A stretch of DNA of 62,953 nt, filler included, from Chiloscyllium plagiosum (GCF_004010195.1; 4 parts of one record of this genome joined end to end with filler, not necessarily neighbours in it); one strand, 5' to 3'; positions 1-14,007 are shown, numbered from the whole stretch's first letter. Program-made: numbers and translations. Notes: generated from the sequence alone by a model not told the origin.

Positions 1-364
1 GAGGTTTACAAAATTATGAGGGGCATGGATAAGATAAATAGGCAAAGTCTTTTCCTTGGGGTCGGGGAGTCTAGAACTAGAGGGCATAGGTTTAGGGTGA
101 GAGGGGAAAGATATAAAATAGACCTAAGGGGCAACGTTTTCATGCAGAGCATAGTACGTGTATGGAATGAGTTGCCAGAGGAAGGTGGAGGCTGGTACAA
201 TTGCAACATTTAAAAGGCATTTGGATGGGTATATGAATGGGAAGGGTTTGGAGGGATATGGGCCAGGTTCTGGTAGGTGGGACTAGATTGGGTTGGGATA
301 TTTGGTCGGCATGGACGGGTTGGACCGAAGGGTCTGTTTCCATGCTGTACATCTCTATGACTCT
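1..364 (+). mobile_element. CR1-clade LINE (HER1-like) 3' end
   Basis: ORF2 C-terminus (TRGHRFRVRG...WNELPEE) and 3' tail gggtctgtttccatgctgtacatctctatgactct. Confidence 0.9.
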
Positions 365-419
365 CTAATGAGACCCTGACACAATATTAGAAATATTCTT
401 TAACTGCTACAGCAATCTA

Positions 420-3400
420 AATAGGTGATTAGGTTCCAATAATGATCTAAAGATTCAGAAATGGACAAATAATAACATCTATAGGAAGGATAGAATATTG
501 GGGGTGGGGGGTAGCAAGAGACGAGGGGTAGTGGTGTTTTTGATAAGGAATAACATTCCTCTGTTTTTAGCCGGGGGTGGGGGTGGGGGGGCGGTGATAT
601 TCCTGGGAATACATCCAGGGAAGTTACCTGGGTGGAACTGAGAAATAAGAAAGAGATGATCACCTTATTGGGATTGTACTGTAGACTCCCCAATAGTCAG
701 AGGGAAATTGTGAAATAAATTTGTAACGAGATCTCAGTCATCTGGAAGAATAACAGGGTGCTACGGTTATTAATTTAACTTTCTTAACATAGACTGGGTG
801 TCATGGTGTTAGTTGGCGAAGAATTTAAGTGTGTACAAGAAAGTTTTCTGATTCAATATGTGGCTGTTCCTTCTTGAGAAGGTGCAAACCCTGACCTATT
901 CTTGGGAAATAAGGCAGGGCAAGTGACTGAGGTGTCAGTGGGGGAGCACTTTGGGATCAGCGCCTATAGTTCTATTAGTGTTTAAATAGTGACAGAAAAG
1001 GATAGTGTGGATCAAAAAGTTAAAATTCTAAATTAGAAGAAGACCAATTTTGAGGGCATTAGGCAAGAACTTTCAAAAGTTGATTGGGGAGAATGTTTGC
1101 AGGTAAAAGGATGGCTGGAAAATTGGAAGCCTTCAAAATGAGATATCAAGAGTCCAGATATGTTCCTGTTAGGGTGAAAGGCAAGGCTGGTAGGTGTAGA
1201 AAATGGTTGATGACTAGAGAAATTGAGGTTTCAGTTAAGAAAAAGAAGAAAGCATATGTCAGGTATAGACAGCAGAGATCAAATGAATCCTTAGAAGAGT
1301 ACACTTAAGAGGGAAATCCAGAGGGCAAAAAGGGAACATAAGATAGCTTTGGCAAATAGGGGTAAGAAGAATCTAAAAGGATTTTATCAATAAATTAAGG
1401 ACAAAAACGTAACTCAGGAGAGAATAGGGTCCTTCACAGATCAGCAACGCAGCCTATGTGTGGAACCAGAGGGGATGAGGAGATATTTCAGTGTTTGTTG
1501 TGGAGAAGGACAAGGAAGATATAGAATGTGGAGAAATAGATGGTGTTATAACACAGGGTAAACTCTCCTGTTTAATTTAAAACCAGAAAACAGAAAAGAT
1601 TTATTCCATGCAGTAATCTGTGAAAATTTGGTAAGCCAAGAACTAGTTAAAGCAAAAATTCACAACTTTATTTCTTAAAGCATGACAGAGAACACTTAAC
1701 TAACAACTATTCACAAGTCCTTACACTGACCGATCTTTTACCTTCCCTTCTACAATACTAGTCCAATAAAACTCCCAATTACAATTTGCAAAACAAAACT
1801 TCTTATCTCAAAACCAGACAGCTTTCGTTTTCTCTGAATGCTGGTCTTCTTTTCTTCTTCTTCTTAGGGATTTCTGCTTCACAGGTTACTGAACGATAAA
1901 GGTACTTTTAAGAGAGCTATTTTGCAGGCAGTCTTTTTACACACTGGTAACTTGTCAGTTCTCCTCTCAACTGTTCAATTTCCCCCAGTCTTACACCCCA
2001 AAGCATCAGATTGTGTCACTGGCTTTTAAAATTTTCAATATACTAAATCCAAACTGGATTGGAGTTTGCTATTTGTTTTGGGGTATATTTAAACCGATTG
2101 GCCTAATTCAAATCTGCTTTTGTTCCCAGGCAACTAAATACCCGAGCTACCCCAGTAGCTGGTGCATTGTATCTTTTTTCAGAACACTTGGTTCTATCAG
2201 GTAGTTCTGTTGCTTTTAACTCTCAAAGGTACAGTACACTCACATCTTCATAACAATGGTGACATCTTGAAAAATGTCCATATTACAGAGGGGTGGTGCT
2301 GGATGTCTTGGAATGCATAAAGGTGGATAAATCTCTAGGCCCTGACTGAGAATTCTGATGGGAAGCTAGGGAAGTGATTTCCGGGCCCCTTGCTGAGATA
2401 TTTGCATCACCAATAGTCACAGGTGAGGTGCCAGAAGACTGGCGGTTGGCTGACATGGTGCAACTACTTAAGAAAGGTGTTAAGGAAAAGTGAGGGAACT
2501 ATAGACCGGTGAGCCTGACATTGGTGGTGGGCAAGTTGTTGGAGGGAATCCTGAGGGACAGGATTTACATGCATTTGGAAAGGCAAGGACTGATCAGGGA
2601 TTGTCAATATGGCTTTGTGCGTGGGATATCATGTCTCACTAACAATTGAGTTTTTTGAAAAAGTAACGAAGAGGATTGATGAGGGCAGAGTGGTGGAAAT
2701 GGTCTGGATGGACTGCAGTAAGGCATTCAACAAGGTTCCTCATGGTAGACTGGTTAGCAAGGTTAGATCAAATGGAATACAGGGAGAACTAGCTATTTGG
2801 ATACAGAACTGGCTCGAAGGCAGAGAGTGGTGGTGGAGAGTTTTTCAGGTTGGAAGTCTGTGACCAGTGGTGTGCCACAAGGATTAGCGCCGGGTCCACT
2901 CCTTTTCATCATTTTATAAATGATTTGTATGTGAATGTCGGAGGTATAGTTAGTAATTTTGCAGAAGACACCAAAATTTGAGGAGTCAAAGACAGTGAAG
3001 AAGGTTACCTCGGATTACAACAGGACCTAGTTCAGATGGGCCAATGGACTGAGGAGTGACAGATGGAGTTTAATTTAGATAAATGTGAGGTGCTGCATTT
3101 TGGAAAGGCAAATCAGGGTGGGACTTATACACTAAATGGTAAGGTCCAAGGGAGTGCTGCTGAACAAAGAGACCTTGAAGCAGGTTCATAGTTCCTTGAA
3201 AGTGGAGTCACAGGTAGATAGGATCATGAAGAAGGCTTTCCTTTATTAGTCAAAGCAGTGAATTAGGAGTTAGGAGGTCATGCTGCGGCTGTACAGGACA
3301 TTGGTTAGGCCACTTTTAGAATATTGTGAGCAATTCTAGTCTCTCTGCTATCAGAAGGATGTTGTGAAACTTGAAAGGGTTCAGAAAAGATTTACAAGGA

Positions 3401-3845
3401 TGTTGCCAGGGTTGGAGGATTTGAGCTATAGGGAGAAGTTGAATCGGCTGGGGCTGTTTTCCCAGGCAGCAGCAGAGGCTGAGGAGTGATCTTATAGAGA
3501 TTTATAAAATCACGAAGGGCATGGATAGAGTAAATAGACAAGATCTTTTCTCTGGGGTTGCGGAGTCCAGAACTAGAGTGAGAGGGGAAAAATGTGAAAG
3601 GGACCTAAGGAGCAACATTTTCATGCACAGGGCGGTGCATGTATGGAATGAGCTGCCAGGCGAAGTGGTAGAGGCTAGTACAATTACAACATTTAAAAGG
3701 CATCTGGATGGGTATATGAATAGGAAGAGTTTAGAGAGATATGGGCAAAATGCTGGCAAATGGGACTAGATTAATTTAGGATATCTGGTTGGCATGGACG
3801 AATTGGACCCATTGGTCTGTTTCCATGCTGTACATCTCTATCTAA
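420..3845 (+). mobile_element. Decayed CR1/HER1-like LINE, ORF2 endonuclease end to 3' tail, interrupted by a solo LTR
   Basis: Fragments of RT motifs (NYRPVSLT, DCSKAFNKVPH, KCEVLHFG), many stops and frameshifts, 3' tail at about 3840. Confidence 0.9.
1544..2255 (-). mobile_element. Solo LTR (712 bp)
   Basis: TGTTAT...ATAACA termini and 4-bp TSD ATGG (1540-1543/2256-2259). The empty site gaaatagatggtgacatcttg is seen in the paralogous LINE at about 41876. AATAAA on minus at 1667-1672. Confidence 0.85.
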
Positions 3846-3894
3846 GTTAACACATGTGATAGTCATTCACAAAGATTTCACAATTAAATATCTA

Positions 3895-3912
3895 ATATAT
3901 ATATATATATAT
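3895..3912. repeat. (AT)n microsatellite
   Basis: atatatatatatatatat run. Confidence 0.9.
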
Positions 3913-4911
3913 TAGTTCATTTTTAATAATGAATGATAGATATAAACAGACATGTTTACTCCATTTTTGCTGCAATTCAACACTTCAAAGACCCCATGCA
4001 GTGTTCCAGGCTAACACTACAGTCAAAGTTTTCATTATCATCATTGTCACCCTTTGATGTATGGATCCCCCAGTATAAAACTGAGGCCATTGACAAGCAA
4101 GGATATGTTGCCAAAATTTTCCATCGTTACCTTATTTGATTTTGCTAACAAATTTTTCCAAATTCTGAGCTGGTTTCTTGCATCACTTGCTTTACAGTAA
4201 TTGTGATTCTATTAGCAGGTGCTTTTCCCCTTAACCCATGCAATTCTTTTAACTGTAAATTCTTTTTAGCAAATGCATAGCAATAATGAATGATAAAAAT
4301 GCATTCTGAGCTAACAACAAAGTTCTTGATAAATTGGAGTTCAAAAAATTTAAATAATACTAAAACACCACCTTCTCACTAGGTCCTTGGTTGTCTTTTG
4401 AAAGAAATTGGCCTTGGGACTACAACAGAAGCTGGATGGTGCACTTGGCCATCCCTACAATGCTACATCTCTACATCACTCCATTGATATGCAACATTGG
4501 GAAACAATTCCACTTAAACAGCTCCAGAACATTTGAGGTAGTCAGGGAAGGTGATAGATCATTAGTGGGGGGAAATGGGAGGGGTTGCAGAATAGACAAT
4601 ATGAAATAATTGTTTGTGAAAACATGTTGCATCCCATTATGTGAAGGTGATTTATTCACATTTTAACTCACGGACTGGAAACACAACCAACACAAAAATA
4701 CAGTTCAATGTCTCTTGGAACATGTTCTCTAAGTAGCCAAGTAAAAGGTTTTTCCTGTCAATGTTGTGAATATGTGTACCTGAAGATATAGAATGGTTAA
4801 GCAATTGTCTATTCTAAACATTACAAATTATTAATCAACGGTTAATTTAAGGTTCTGAATCTGATTGTTCTGAGATTCAGTATTGGGTTTTAATAATTAG
4901 GCTGAGCAGTT

Positions 4912-5385
4912 CATAGAATCATAGAATCCCTATGCAGATAGAGGTCATTTGCTCCATCAAGTTTGCACCAACCCTCTGATGTGCGTTTATACTTTTAAAT
5001 CATGTATTTTACCCACCTCCATCACTTCCTCAGGCAGCTCATTCAATACATGCACTGCCCTCTGTGTGAAAAACCTCAAGTCCTTTTTAAATCTTTCCCC
5101 TCTGACCTTAAATCTATGTCCTCTAGTTTTGGACTCCCATGCCCTGAGGAAATGACCTTGGTGATTCACGTTATTCACGGCTCTCATGATTTGATAAACC
5201 TTTAGAAGGTTCCCCTTCTGATGCTCGAGGGAAAAAAACTCCAGCCTATTCAGCCTTTCCCTATATCTCAAACCATCTAATCCCAGCAATATCTTTGTAA
5301 ATCTTTTCTGCACCCTCTCAATTTTAATAACATCCTTCCTATAGAAGGGCAACCAAAGGTACAGCAGTGTCCCATAAATAGCAAT
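4912..5385 (-). mobile_element. CR1-clade LINE 3' fragment
   Basis: Minus ORF YRKDVIKIERVQKRFTK...TRGHRFKVRG. Confidence 0.85.
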
Positions 5386-5643
5386 ACGATAGCGATAAAA
5401 CAATCAGTTTATTAATGTTAGTTGAGGAATAAATATTAGTCAGAACACCAGGAAGAATTCCTCTGTGCTTTTGAATATTTTATGTGGACTAGACAAGATC
5501 TTGGTTCATTTGAAAAGAGCTGACAGTCAACTTCTATACGAAATGCCAATTTCTGTAACAAAAAAAAATCAGAATGGCTGCAAGATATTAAAATTTGCTC
5601 TCTGTGAAGTGTTTGCTTTTCTTAAAGAGACTGCTATTTGTAG

Positions 5644-5775
5644 CTGAAGAAGAGTCATACCAGATTCAAAACATTAACTTTGCTTCCCTCCACAGACACT
5701 GCCAGACCTGCTGAATTCCTCCACCATGTGTTTGTTACAGATTTCCAGCATCAACGGCATTTTGCTTTTGTTTGT
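5644..5775 (+). mobile_element. Degenerate Penelope-like terminal fragment with decayed hammerhead motif
   Basis: CTGAAGA-A-GAGTC..GATTC-AAAA-CATT followed by cagacactgccagacctgctga...ttccagcatc. Confidence 0.6.
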
Positions 5776-6214
5776 TATTTGTGTTTAGTAGTCAATTAGA
5801 ACAAGGTGTATAAATAAAGGGTTTGCAGCCAACGTTCATAATATTCAGGCACAGAAAAACCCAGGATCTTGCAGAATACCTTGCTTTTAAGCTCTCAAGT
5901 TGCTGTGCTAGTATCGGAAACAGGTTGCATCATTTTGAAGATGGAATATAAAACAATCATGCGAAATGATTCAGTTTATAGATGCATTTGATTTGTCAAG
6001 GTGAGACTAAACTAGTCAAAAGAGGGGTAGCCGCTCTGGGGAGGACCTACAAGTAACTAAGCATGTATTTGCTTTCTACTTGTTATGAGGTTTATGAAAC
6101 ATAATTGTTTCTCAAGTGTCAGTTTCCTTAGATTATGTTGGAAGATATCTGAAATTAAATGTTATGAGGGTTTCTGCCTCTACCACTCTTACAGGCATCT
6201 ATCAAACAATATTA

Positions 6215-7447
6215 AAACTGTCCAGTAATGTCCTATATACATAAAGCAGGACAAATTCAACCTGGGTAAATGCTGCCCATCAATCTACTGTCCAATAAAG
6301 AAATAGAAGTGGTCAATGGTGTTATCAAGTGCCACTTGCAAAGTAATAATCTGTTCACTGATACTCAGTTCAGTTTCCAAGAGGGCCACTAAGCTCTTAA
6401 CTTCATTATAACCTCGTTATAATCCGTGAGTTGAAAAGAGGTTAGAAGAATGTGACTGCCCTTGACCCCAGGCAAAATTCATGTCAATGGGAATCAGTGG
6501 GGAAGCTCTCCACTGGTCATACTTGGCACACAGGAAGATGATTGTGATGGTAGAAGGTCAATTGTCTTGGCTCAAGGACATCTCTGCAAGAGTTTCTCAG
6601 GGTGATGTCCTTGGTCCAAGCATCTTTATCTGCTTCATCAATGACCTTCTCTTCATCAGAAATGGGAGATTCATTGATGACTGCATAATGTTCAGCATTA
6701 TTCACAATTCCTCAGATGCAAATTCTTTTCCATCCAGATAACTGCCAAATAAAATTTGCATTACTTCAGGTGCCAGGCAATGACCATCTCAAACTGGAGA
6801 CAATCTAAATATTGTCCTTTGAAATTCAATAGCATTACCGTCACTGAAGTCCTCACTGTCAACATCCTAAGGGTTACCATTGACCAAAAACGAAACTGAA
6901 CCAGCCATATAAATCCTGTGACTACAAGATTATGTCAGAGACCAGGAATTCTGTGGCGAGTAACTTACCTCCCCATACACTACCCACTATCTACAAGGCA
7001 CAAGTCAGGAGTGTGATAAATAGTCCTCACTTGCTTGCATTGATGGAGCTCTAAAAACACTCAAGAAGCTCAATGCCTCCCCGGGTAAAGCAGCCCTCTT
7101 GATTGGCACTGTAAGATACAATGGCAGCAGTCTGTAAATGATGCACTGCAGTAACTCACAAAGATGTCTTAGACAATATCTTTCAAACCTATCATCTCTA
7201 TCACCTAGAAAGTCAGGACAGCAGGTGCATGGTAACTCTGCAACCTGCAAGATCCTCTCCGAGCCACAACACTATCCTGGCTTGGAAGTATATCTCCATT
7301 CCTTCATAGTCAAAAATCCTGCAACTCTCTTCCTAACAGCATTGTGAATATTTCTACAGTCCAAGAACTAAATCACCTTCTCCAGGACATCAGAAATGGG
7401 CAATAAATGCTGAGTTCACCCTTACTACTCACTTTCTATGAATACAT
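6215..7447 (+). mobile_element. Old CR1-like LINE, second lineage (tail gggcaataaatgctg)
   Basis: RT remnants (VSQGDVLGPSIFICFINDL, FIDD) and a 3' tail shared with other copies in the window. Confidence 0.75.
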
Positions 7448-8097
7448 TAAAAAAATTCAGCTCTTCTTTTAAAGAACAATTACAAAACCACAATTTGGAA
7501 ATATGTCTTTCGAACCTTTATGGATGCAGCCCAGAAACACCTTAAATTTCATTATTCCACTACATATCACATAGAACAATGCTGATTCACTAAATGCAGG
7601 ACACAAGCTGCGCTTATTTAAGTTGAAAATAATTGCTCTCTAAAGGACAGGGTGGATCTCTCAACAAATTCATTTCAATGCAACTCAGCTGGCCTCAGAG
7701 GTGATCATTTGTGGCTCACGGAGAGACGAACAAAACAAGTGGAAAGAAAAACAAATCTACTGCACAAATAGACATTTCTAAGTGCTAGGAATATAAATCT
7801 GTGGTCACAGAACCTAAAGGGAGAAGAAAAACAGCAGATGAAAAGTTAAAACAGACCAGTATTTGGATCAAAATGTCTGTCTTAAGGTTGACACTCAAAT
7901 GAAAATACATTGTACAACTTTTAAGCTCTAATTTAACAGCATTCAGATATCTTAAACTGTTTTTCCACAATTATATGGCAAGTTTCTACGCAATATAGAG
8001 CAATTCACATTTCAGGATTGTAAACACAACAACACAACTTTCTTCTAGTCAGTTATTATCAGCTGAATCAAGACAAGATGAATAAGATCAAACAGCT

Positions 8098-8291
8098 CAA
8101 AAACAGAAATTGTTGGAAAAGCTCAGTAGGTCTGGCAGTATCTGTCAAAACGTCTGAGAAAGGGTCACTTGACCCAAAACGTTAACTCTGATTTCTCTTC
8201 ACAGATGCTGCCAGACCTGTTGAGCTTTTCCTGCAATTTCTATTTTTGTCTCTGATTTCCAGCATCAGCAGTTCATTCAATTTTTTTTACA
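8098..8291. mobile_element. Penelope-like terminal insertion with inverted arms and hammerhead-like core
   Basis: 14-bp TSD aagatcaaacagct (8084-8097/8292-8305). 8100-8146 is the reverse complement of about 8201-8247. Core CTGAGAA-A-GGGTC-actt-GACCC-AAAA-CGTT at 8154-8183. Confidence 0.7.
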
Positions 8292-8510
8292 AAGATCAAA
8301 CAGCTGACAGCTCTGGGATGGAAGTTCTGTACAAAACAAAATCCTCAAAAGTATAACATTGTTTGATTTAAATAGTCACTGAGACTAAAAAAATGCATAA
8401 AATAAAATACATAAAATAAAAAATACATAAATACAAAAAGTTTTTTAAAAGTATAAACTTAGTTAATCTTTATGTTCACCAAGCTGAAAGTTTTCACTTT
8501 CAGTTTTAGT

Positions 8511-9664
8511 GTGAGAAGTGGCAGATGGAGTTTAATTCAGATAAATGCGAGGTGCTGCACTTTGGGAAAGCAAATCTTAGCAGGTCTTATACACTTAATG
8601 GTAAGGTCCTCGGGAGTGTTGCTGAACAAAGAGACCTTGGAGTGCAGGTTCATAGCTCCTTGAAAGTGGAGCTGCAGGTAGATAGGATATTGAAGAAGGC
8701 GTTTGATATGCTTTCCTTTATTGGTCAGAGTATTGAGTACAGGAGTTGGGATGTCATGTTGTGGCTGTACAGGACATTGGTTAGGCCACTGTTGGAATAT
8801 TGCGTGCAATTCTGGCCTCCTTCCTATCGGAAAGATGTTGCGAAACATGAAAGGGCTCAGAAAAGATTTACAAGGATGTTGCCAGGATTGGAGGATCTGA
8901 GCTACAGGGAGAGGCTGAACAGGCTGGGGCTGTTTTCCCTGGAGCATTGGAGGCTGAGGGGTAACATTATAGAGGTTTACAAAATTATGAGGGGCATGGA
9001 TAGGGCAAACAGGCAAAGTCATTTCCCTGGGGCGTGGGAGTCCAGAACTAGACGGCATAGGTTTAGGGTGAGAGGGGAATGATATAAAAGAGAACTAAGG
9101 GGCAACATTTTCACACAGAGGGTGGTACATGTATGGAATGAGCTGCCAGAGAAAGTGGTAGAGGCTGGTACAAATGCGAAATTTAAGAGGCATTTGGATG
9201 GGTATGATTAGATTAGATTAGATTACTTACAGTGTGGAAACAGGCCCTTCGGCCCAACAAGTCCACACCGCCCCACCGAAGTGCAACCCACCCATACCCC
9301 TACATTTACCCCTTACCTAACACTACGGGCAATTTAGCATGGCCAATTCACCTGACCTGCACATCTTTGGACTGTGGGAGGAAACCGGAGCACCCGGAGG
9401 AAACCCACGCAGACACGGGGAGAACGTGCAAACTCCACACAGTCAGTCGCCTGAGGCGGATATTGAACCCGGGTCTCTGGCGCTGTGAGGCAGCAGTGCC
9501 AACCACTGTGCCACCGTGCCGCCCATATGAATAGGAAGGGTTTGGAAGGATATAGGCCGGGTGCTGGCAGGTGGGACTAGATTGGGTTGGGATATCTGGT
9601 CGGCATGGACAGGTTGGACTGAAGGGTCTGTTTCCATGCTGTACATCTCTATGACTCTATGACT
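8511..9664 (+). mobile_element. CR1/HER1-like LINE 3' portion, interrupted by HE1 SINE
   Basis: ORF 8525-9082 (KCEVLHFG...RPLLEYCVQFW...TRRHRFRVRG) and 3' tail. Confidence 0.92.
9208..9524 (-). mobile_element. HE1-type tRNA-derived V-SINE
   Basis: A/B-box head, V-domain gtgtggagtttgcacgttctccccgtgtctgcgtgggtttcctccggg, CR1-like tail and (TAATC)n end. Confidence 0.9.
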
Positions 9665-9743
9665 CCAGTGTACTTCCCCTTTCATATATTGTACTGTTAC
9701 AGTCTTCCTTCTTTGCTCCCACAACAAAACATTCACAGTTAAT

Positions 9744-9864
9744 GATTTGGAGATGCCGGTGTTGGACTGGGGTAGTGGCTGATGAAGAACCGTCACTCCG
9801 AAAGCTAGTGTGCTTCCAATTAAACCTGTTGGACTATAACCTGGTGTTGTGTGATTTTTAACTT
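9744..9864. mobile_element. Penelope-like terminal insertion (second family) with hammerhead-like core
   Basis: 12-bp TSD ttcacagttaat (9732-9743/9865-9876); CTGATGA...CTCC-GAAA-GCTA at 9779-9807. Confidence 0.65.
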
Positions 9865-11651
9865 TTCACAGTTAATATAATGATAATTAGTTCAGCATCC
9901 AAACCAAATCTATTGTTTCCTCTTACTTATTTAAAGTTGCATTATTTTATTCTGGCCTCTTTCCTTCATTGTATCTGGTGATCCAAGAAGAATGTGTCTT
10001 CCTACCGAATTGCTTGCAATTCCCAGAGTGTAAATCAGTTTACATAAATAATAAATAATAAACAATAATGATCCCTGAATCATTTCCTGTGCACATCACT
10101 TAAAGATGCAACAGATCAAAACTAAAGACAATAGAATTTGTGAAGTACATGCAAACACAATCATAGAATAATACAATGCAACATGAAGCCATTCAGCCCA
10201 TTGCACTACTCACAAACTATATTGATGTCTTAGACAAAGAGACCAAGTGTAATATCACTGATGATATAGTTAGGTGGGAATGAAGGCTATCAAAAGGACT
10301 AAAAGAGGTTACAAAGAGAATTGAACAGGTTAAATAAGTGCCTACCAATGTTGAAAATGAAGTATAACATGGGAAAGTGTGAGATTATCCACATTTGGAG
10401 TGTTCCTACTCCTGGACTGAGAGACCCAGGTCCAAGTTCCAACTGTTCCTGAGATGTGTCATTACAACTCTGAATATATTTCCATTAAAAGTGCTTTTTA
10501 TGAATTCACCTAATGTACAGAGGAAATATTTGACATAGGTTGATGCTAGTGATGCTAGAGCACCATCCAGTACCACATTTAGTTGTTCATGTTGGACGAG
10601 CATGACAAGTATAAAAAGTATAATCTACTCATTTGCAATTATGCCATCAATGAAAATCTTTCTTTGAAGAGCACCATTATCACAAGACAGTGTTTCATAG
10701 ACTTTTAAGTTTTGAAAAATACTTAAAACAAAAATTACTTTATGACAATGCAGAAATAATGCCAATACACAGATTACAATCTGATGGAAAATAAGGAAGG
10801 TTTAACAAAGGCATTTTATTAAAGAAGTATTATCTCTCTCTAAATATAACCTGCTGTTGAATACTGATTGTCCCATATTAGATACATTCGGCTCTGGTGA
10901 AAGCCATTAAAAAGATCTATATTCTCATGCTACTGTTAGGAGTCAAAATTCAAATGCAAATGTTCCATATTGGTCAAATTAACTGTATCCTAAAGAATCC
11001 AGTTTAATGTGAAATCTGCCATTTCCTAATGCAATATAATTGGAATTTGATCAGTATACCATGGGTTATTCGTCAGTCTTGAAACCAGACAGAGTCTGAC
11101 ACACGTCAAGGCAAAGGTGCTGTGAGCACAAACAGTACTTTGTGATTATGACTGTACCTAAATCTGACTGCGTTTGGAATAAAATGACCTGAACTGCATT
11201 CAGTCATTAATAGGAATGGGCAAAGGGTCACATAGTCATAGTTCACTACAATCTGTGCTGTGATCTGTGGTGTTATTTTTATTATAATCTATTATTGCCC
11301 TTAAACCATTAACTTGGGCATTTGCCAATGGCTTGTAACATGCCAACATCTATGTCTAAGGCTAATCCAATTATGACCCAGGTATGCCTATCATAGTGAA
11401 TCATATTCAACGCAACTTATTTTTGACTCCATACTTTTATTAGAATTTAGAAAGCATCAACGAGCCACATCTTCAGATCTTAACTTTAACTTGATTGCAT
11501 GATTTATTTTAAAATGAAGTGCCAAAAGATTAATATGACTACTACAAAAAATTGAGCTATTTTAGTTCATTTATAAAAATAATACTGTAATTTTGACATG
11601 AACAAAATTGTCACCTTCCATGGTGGGAATAAAATGGATGGGCATGAGGCA

Positions 11652-11730
11652 GCTGCCTGGCCTGCTGCGCTTTTCCAGCAACACATTTTTAAGCTCTGAT
11701 CTCCAGCATCTGCAGTCCTCACTTTCTCTC
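11652..11730 (+). mobile_element. Penelope-like 3' terminal fragment (no ribozyme core)
   Basis: Matches the repeat at 60125-60200 (cctgctgcgcttttccagcaacaca...ctgcagtcctcactttctc). Confidence 0.7.
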
Positions 11731-12699
11731 TGTTGAGAGATTCAGTCTTTTTCAGAGCCCAAGAAATGATAGCATTGAAATCTTCCCTGTTACTGCTTAG
11801 TTCTTCTATGAAACGCAAGGTGGAATGTCCATGCCAAATTTTTGACAATCGGGAAATGTAAAATAGTTATACACTTTAATACACAATTCCAAGCTTACTC
11901 CAATAATATGCTAGCATAGTGAATGTAAAATTGGCTGCCTGCCATATTTAAATAAATAAATAGGAGTCATTCAGGCACGTTCACAAGCTATCATCCTGAA
12001 TAATATGCCGGCCAGTCCAAAATATGGTTGGCATAAGAAGTTGGACAAAGGCGGGCACAGAATGTTTAATTACCATTGTGAGAAAAGGCAGGAAGGGACA
12101 GCACATCATTTTGGGAGGTGCCCTGCACATACCAGAGGTATCCACACCGCCAAGATGTCACCACCTAACAGATCCTGGCCTCGTGTCTCCCTCTCCTGCT
12201 TGTTTGGATACCCTTTATGTGCTAACATCCTATGACTTAACTTTTCAGGTCAGCCATGATCCTCTACAGCTTCTTCCTGTACTCCTGGCAGTGCACATCT
12301 CTGAACTCTGCAGTTCCCCAGGGCAGGACTTCTTCCTAAGCAACGGAAATCTCACCGTTTAAAAATCTAGCTCACCTCCAGCATATTGTGGCGATGGAGA
12401 AGGCTTTCTCACTGCTTTCCATACCATGGGGTTGGGTGTTGAGCAGTCTGAGAACGTCAACATATTTCTGTTCTTCTGATCAAAAACTTAGAATCAAGTA
12501 CTGCATATACACTAAGAAAGGATGTCATGTTACTATATTTATAATTAATTGTGGTTCAGGTTTATCATTTAATTGTGACCCAGGGTCATTCATACAGGTA
12601 TTGTCAAACTGTTTTAAAAGAAAATGCTTCATATTTAATTTTAGAGTAGGCAATTATAATGTTGCAAGACAGACAAGTCATAACTCTTAAGGGTTTTAA

Positions 12700-12867
12700 T
12701 AATTAGAACATTTATCTGGACGGGTACATAAGTAAGAAGGGTTTAGAGGGATATGGGCCAAATACTGGTAAATGGGACTAGAATGATTTTGGATATCTGG
12801 TCAGTATGGACAAGTTGGACTGAAGGGTGTATTTCTGTGCTGTACATCTATATGACTCTATGAATCT
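12700..12867 (+). mobile_element. CR1/HER1-like 3' tail fragment
   Basis: Matches the 3' UTR of other CR1 copies in the window. Confidence 0.8.
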
Positions 12868-13436
12868 AAGTTACTATTGTTATTTCTGTTTCATCAAAAA
12901 TGCACTAGGATAATAAATTTGCAGAGGGACAGGCGTTTGTGCCTCTATAAAGAGCACCACTATGATCAATATAACTCTGGCATGGAAGTGGACTTCCTTT
13001 TCATATTATTGGTATTGGTTGTAATATGTGACCAGCGTAGAAGTCAGTCAGATATACTTTTAAGAAACTAGAATGCCTAAGTTATCATGGCAAATGGTGA
13101 GTATTTAATTTACCACAGATGCTGAGTTTCACACTCAAGAGAAAACACAAGTTTATTTTCACGAATTACAAAATTGTGTCATTTAAAGCAAATTTAAGCT
13201 TTTATAAATAGGCTAACAAAAATATTCTAGTTCTTTTAGTTTATTATCTTTTAATTCATACAGACTGTCAAATTTGGTTTGAAGCATATTTTCAGAAAAT
13301 CACAGACACTTTGGGATGGATATATATCCATTGAACCATCAGATAATAATTTAACCATCATGCTAAGAGTTCTAAAATAGCTACCATAATTTTACCTGAA
13401 CAAAATAGCTAGAAGATAAGTATTATAATAAACCAG

Positions 13437-13800
13437 GAGACAACTGGTGCAATGGCTATGTAACTGAACTGATATTCCAAAGGTCCAGGCTAAAGCTCTG
13501 AGGCAGCGGATTCAACTCCCATCAAGGTGGATGGTGAAATTTAAATTCAAAATTAAATTTGGAATATAAAGCTAGGCTCAATTAATAGTTATCACAAAAC
13601 TATCATCAGTTATTAGCAAAATCCATCTTGTTCCCTAATGCTTTTCAGAGAAGGAAATCTACCATCCTTGCCTGGTTAGCTAAGTGTTACGCCAGACCCA
13701 CAACAATTCGGTCAATTCTCAACTGCCCTCAGTATTGGGCATAGCAAGTTACTCAATGCAAGCAAAATTAGTGGTGGAAAACAAATGCTGGCTTTGCCAG
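13437..13800 (+). mobile_element. Degenerate tRNA-derived SINE (non-HE1 family)
   Basis: tRNA-like head (ggattcaactccca), body shared with 36500-36840, tail aaatgctggc shared with the second LINE lineage. Confidence 0.6.
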
Positions 13801-14007
13801 TATAATCTAAGAAAGAATTCTTTAAAATAATCAAAGTTGTAATTTTAAAGCTGGCCAAGACATCTTTTCTAGATGCATTGTGAATGATAACGCATTTCTG
13901 CTGGAAATGTTGTGTTTGATGACTTTTCTTTTAAATTATTCCTTTTTCCAATCCATAAATGAAAATTGTCTCTTGTTCGTATTTGTTTTTTAACATGTTT
14001 TTAGAAG

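Noticed and set aside
8525..9082. Long ORFs (also 37725-38270, 41630-42124, 44046-44525, 50096-50569) as host genes
   Set aside because: All are CR1 ORF2 fragments repeated many times in the window.
9232..9534. Recurring peptide LDCGRKPEHPEETHADTGR (also 31553, 47705, 54498)
   Set aside because: Antisense translation of the HE1 SINE V-domain.
11930..12450. GC-elevated patch with ORFs 12005-12362
   Set aside because: No recognisable protein, splice structure, TIRs or TSD; probably an old repeat that I cannot classify.
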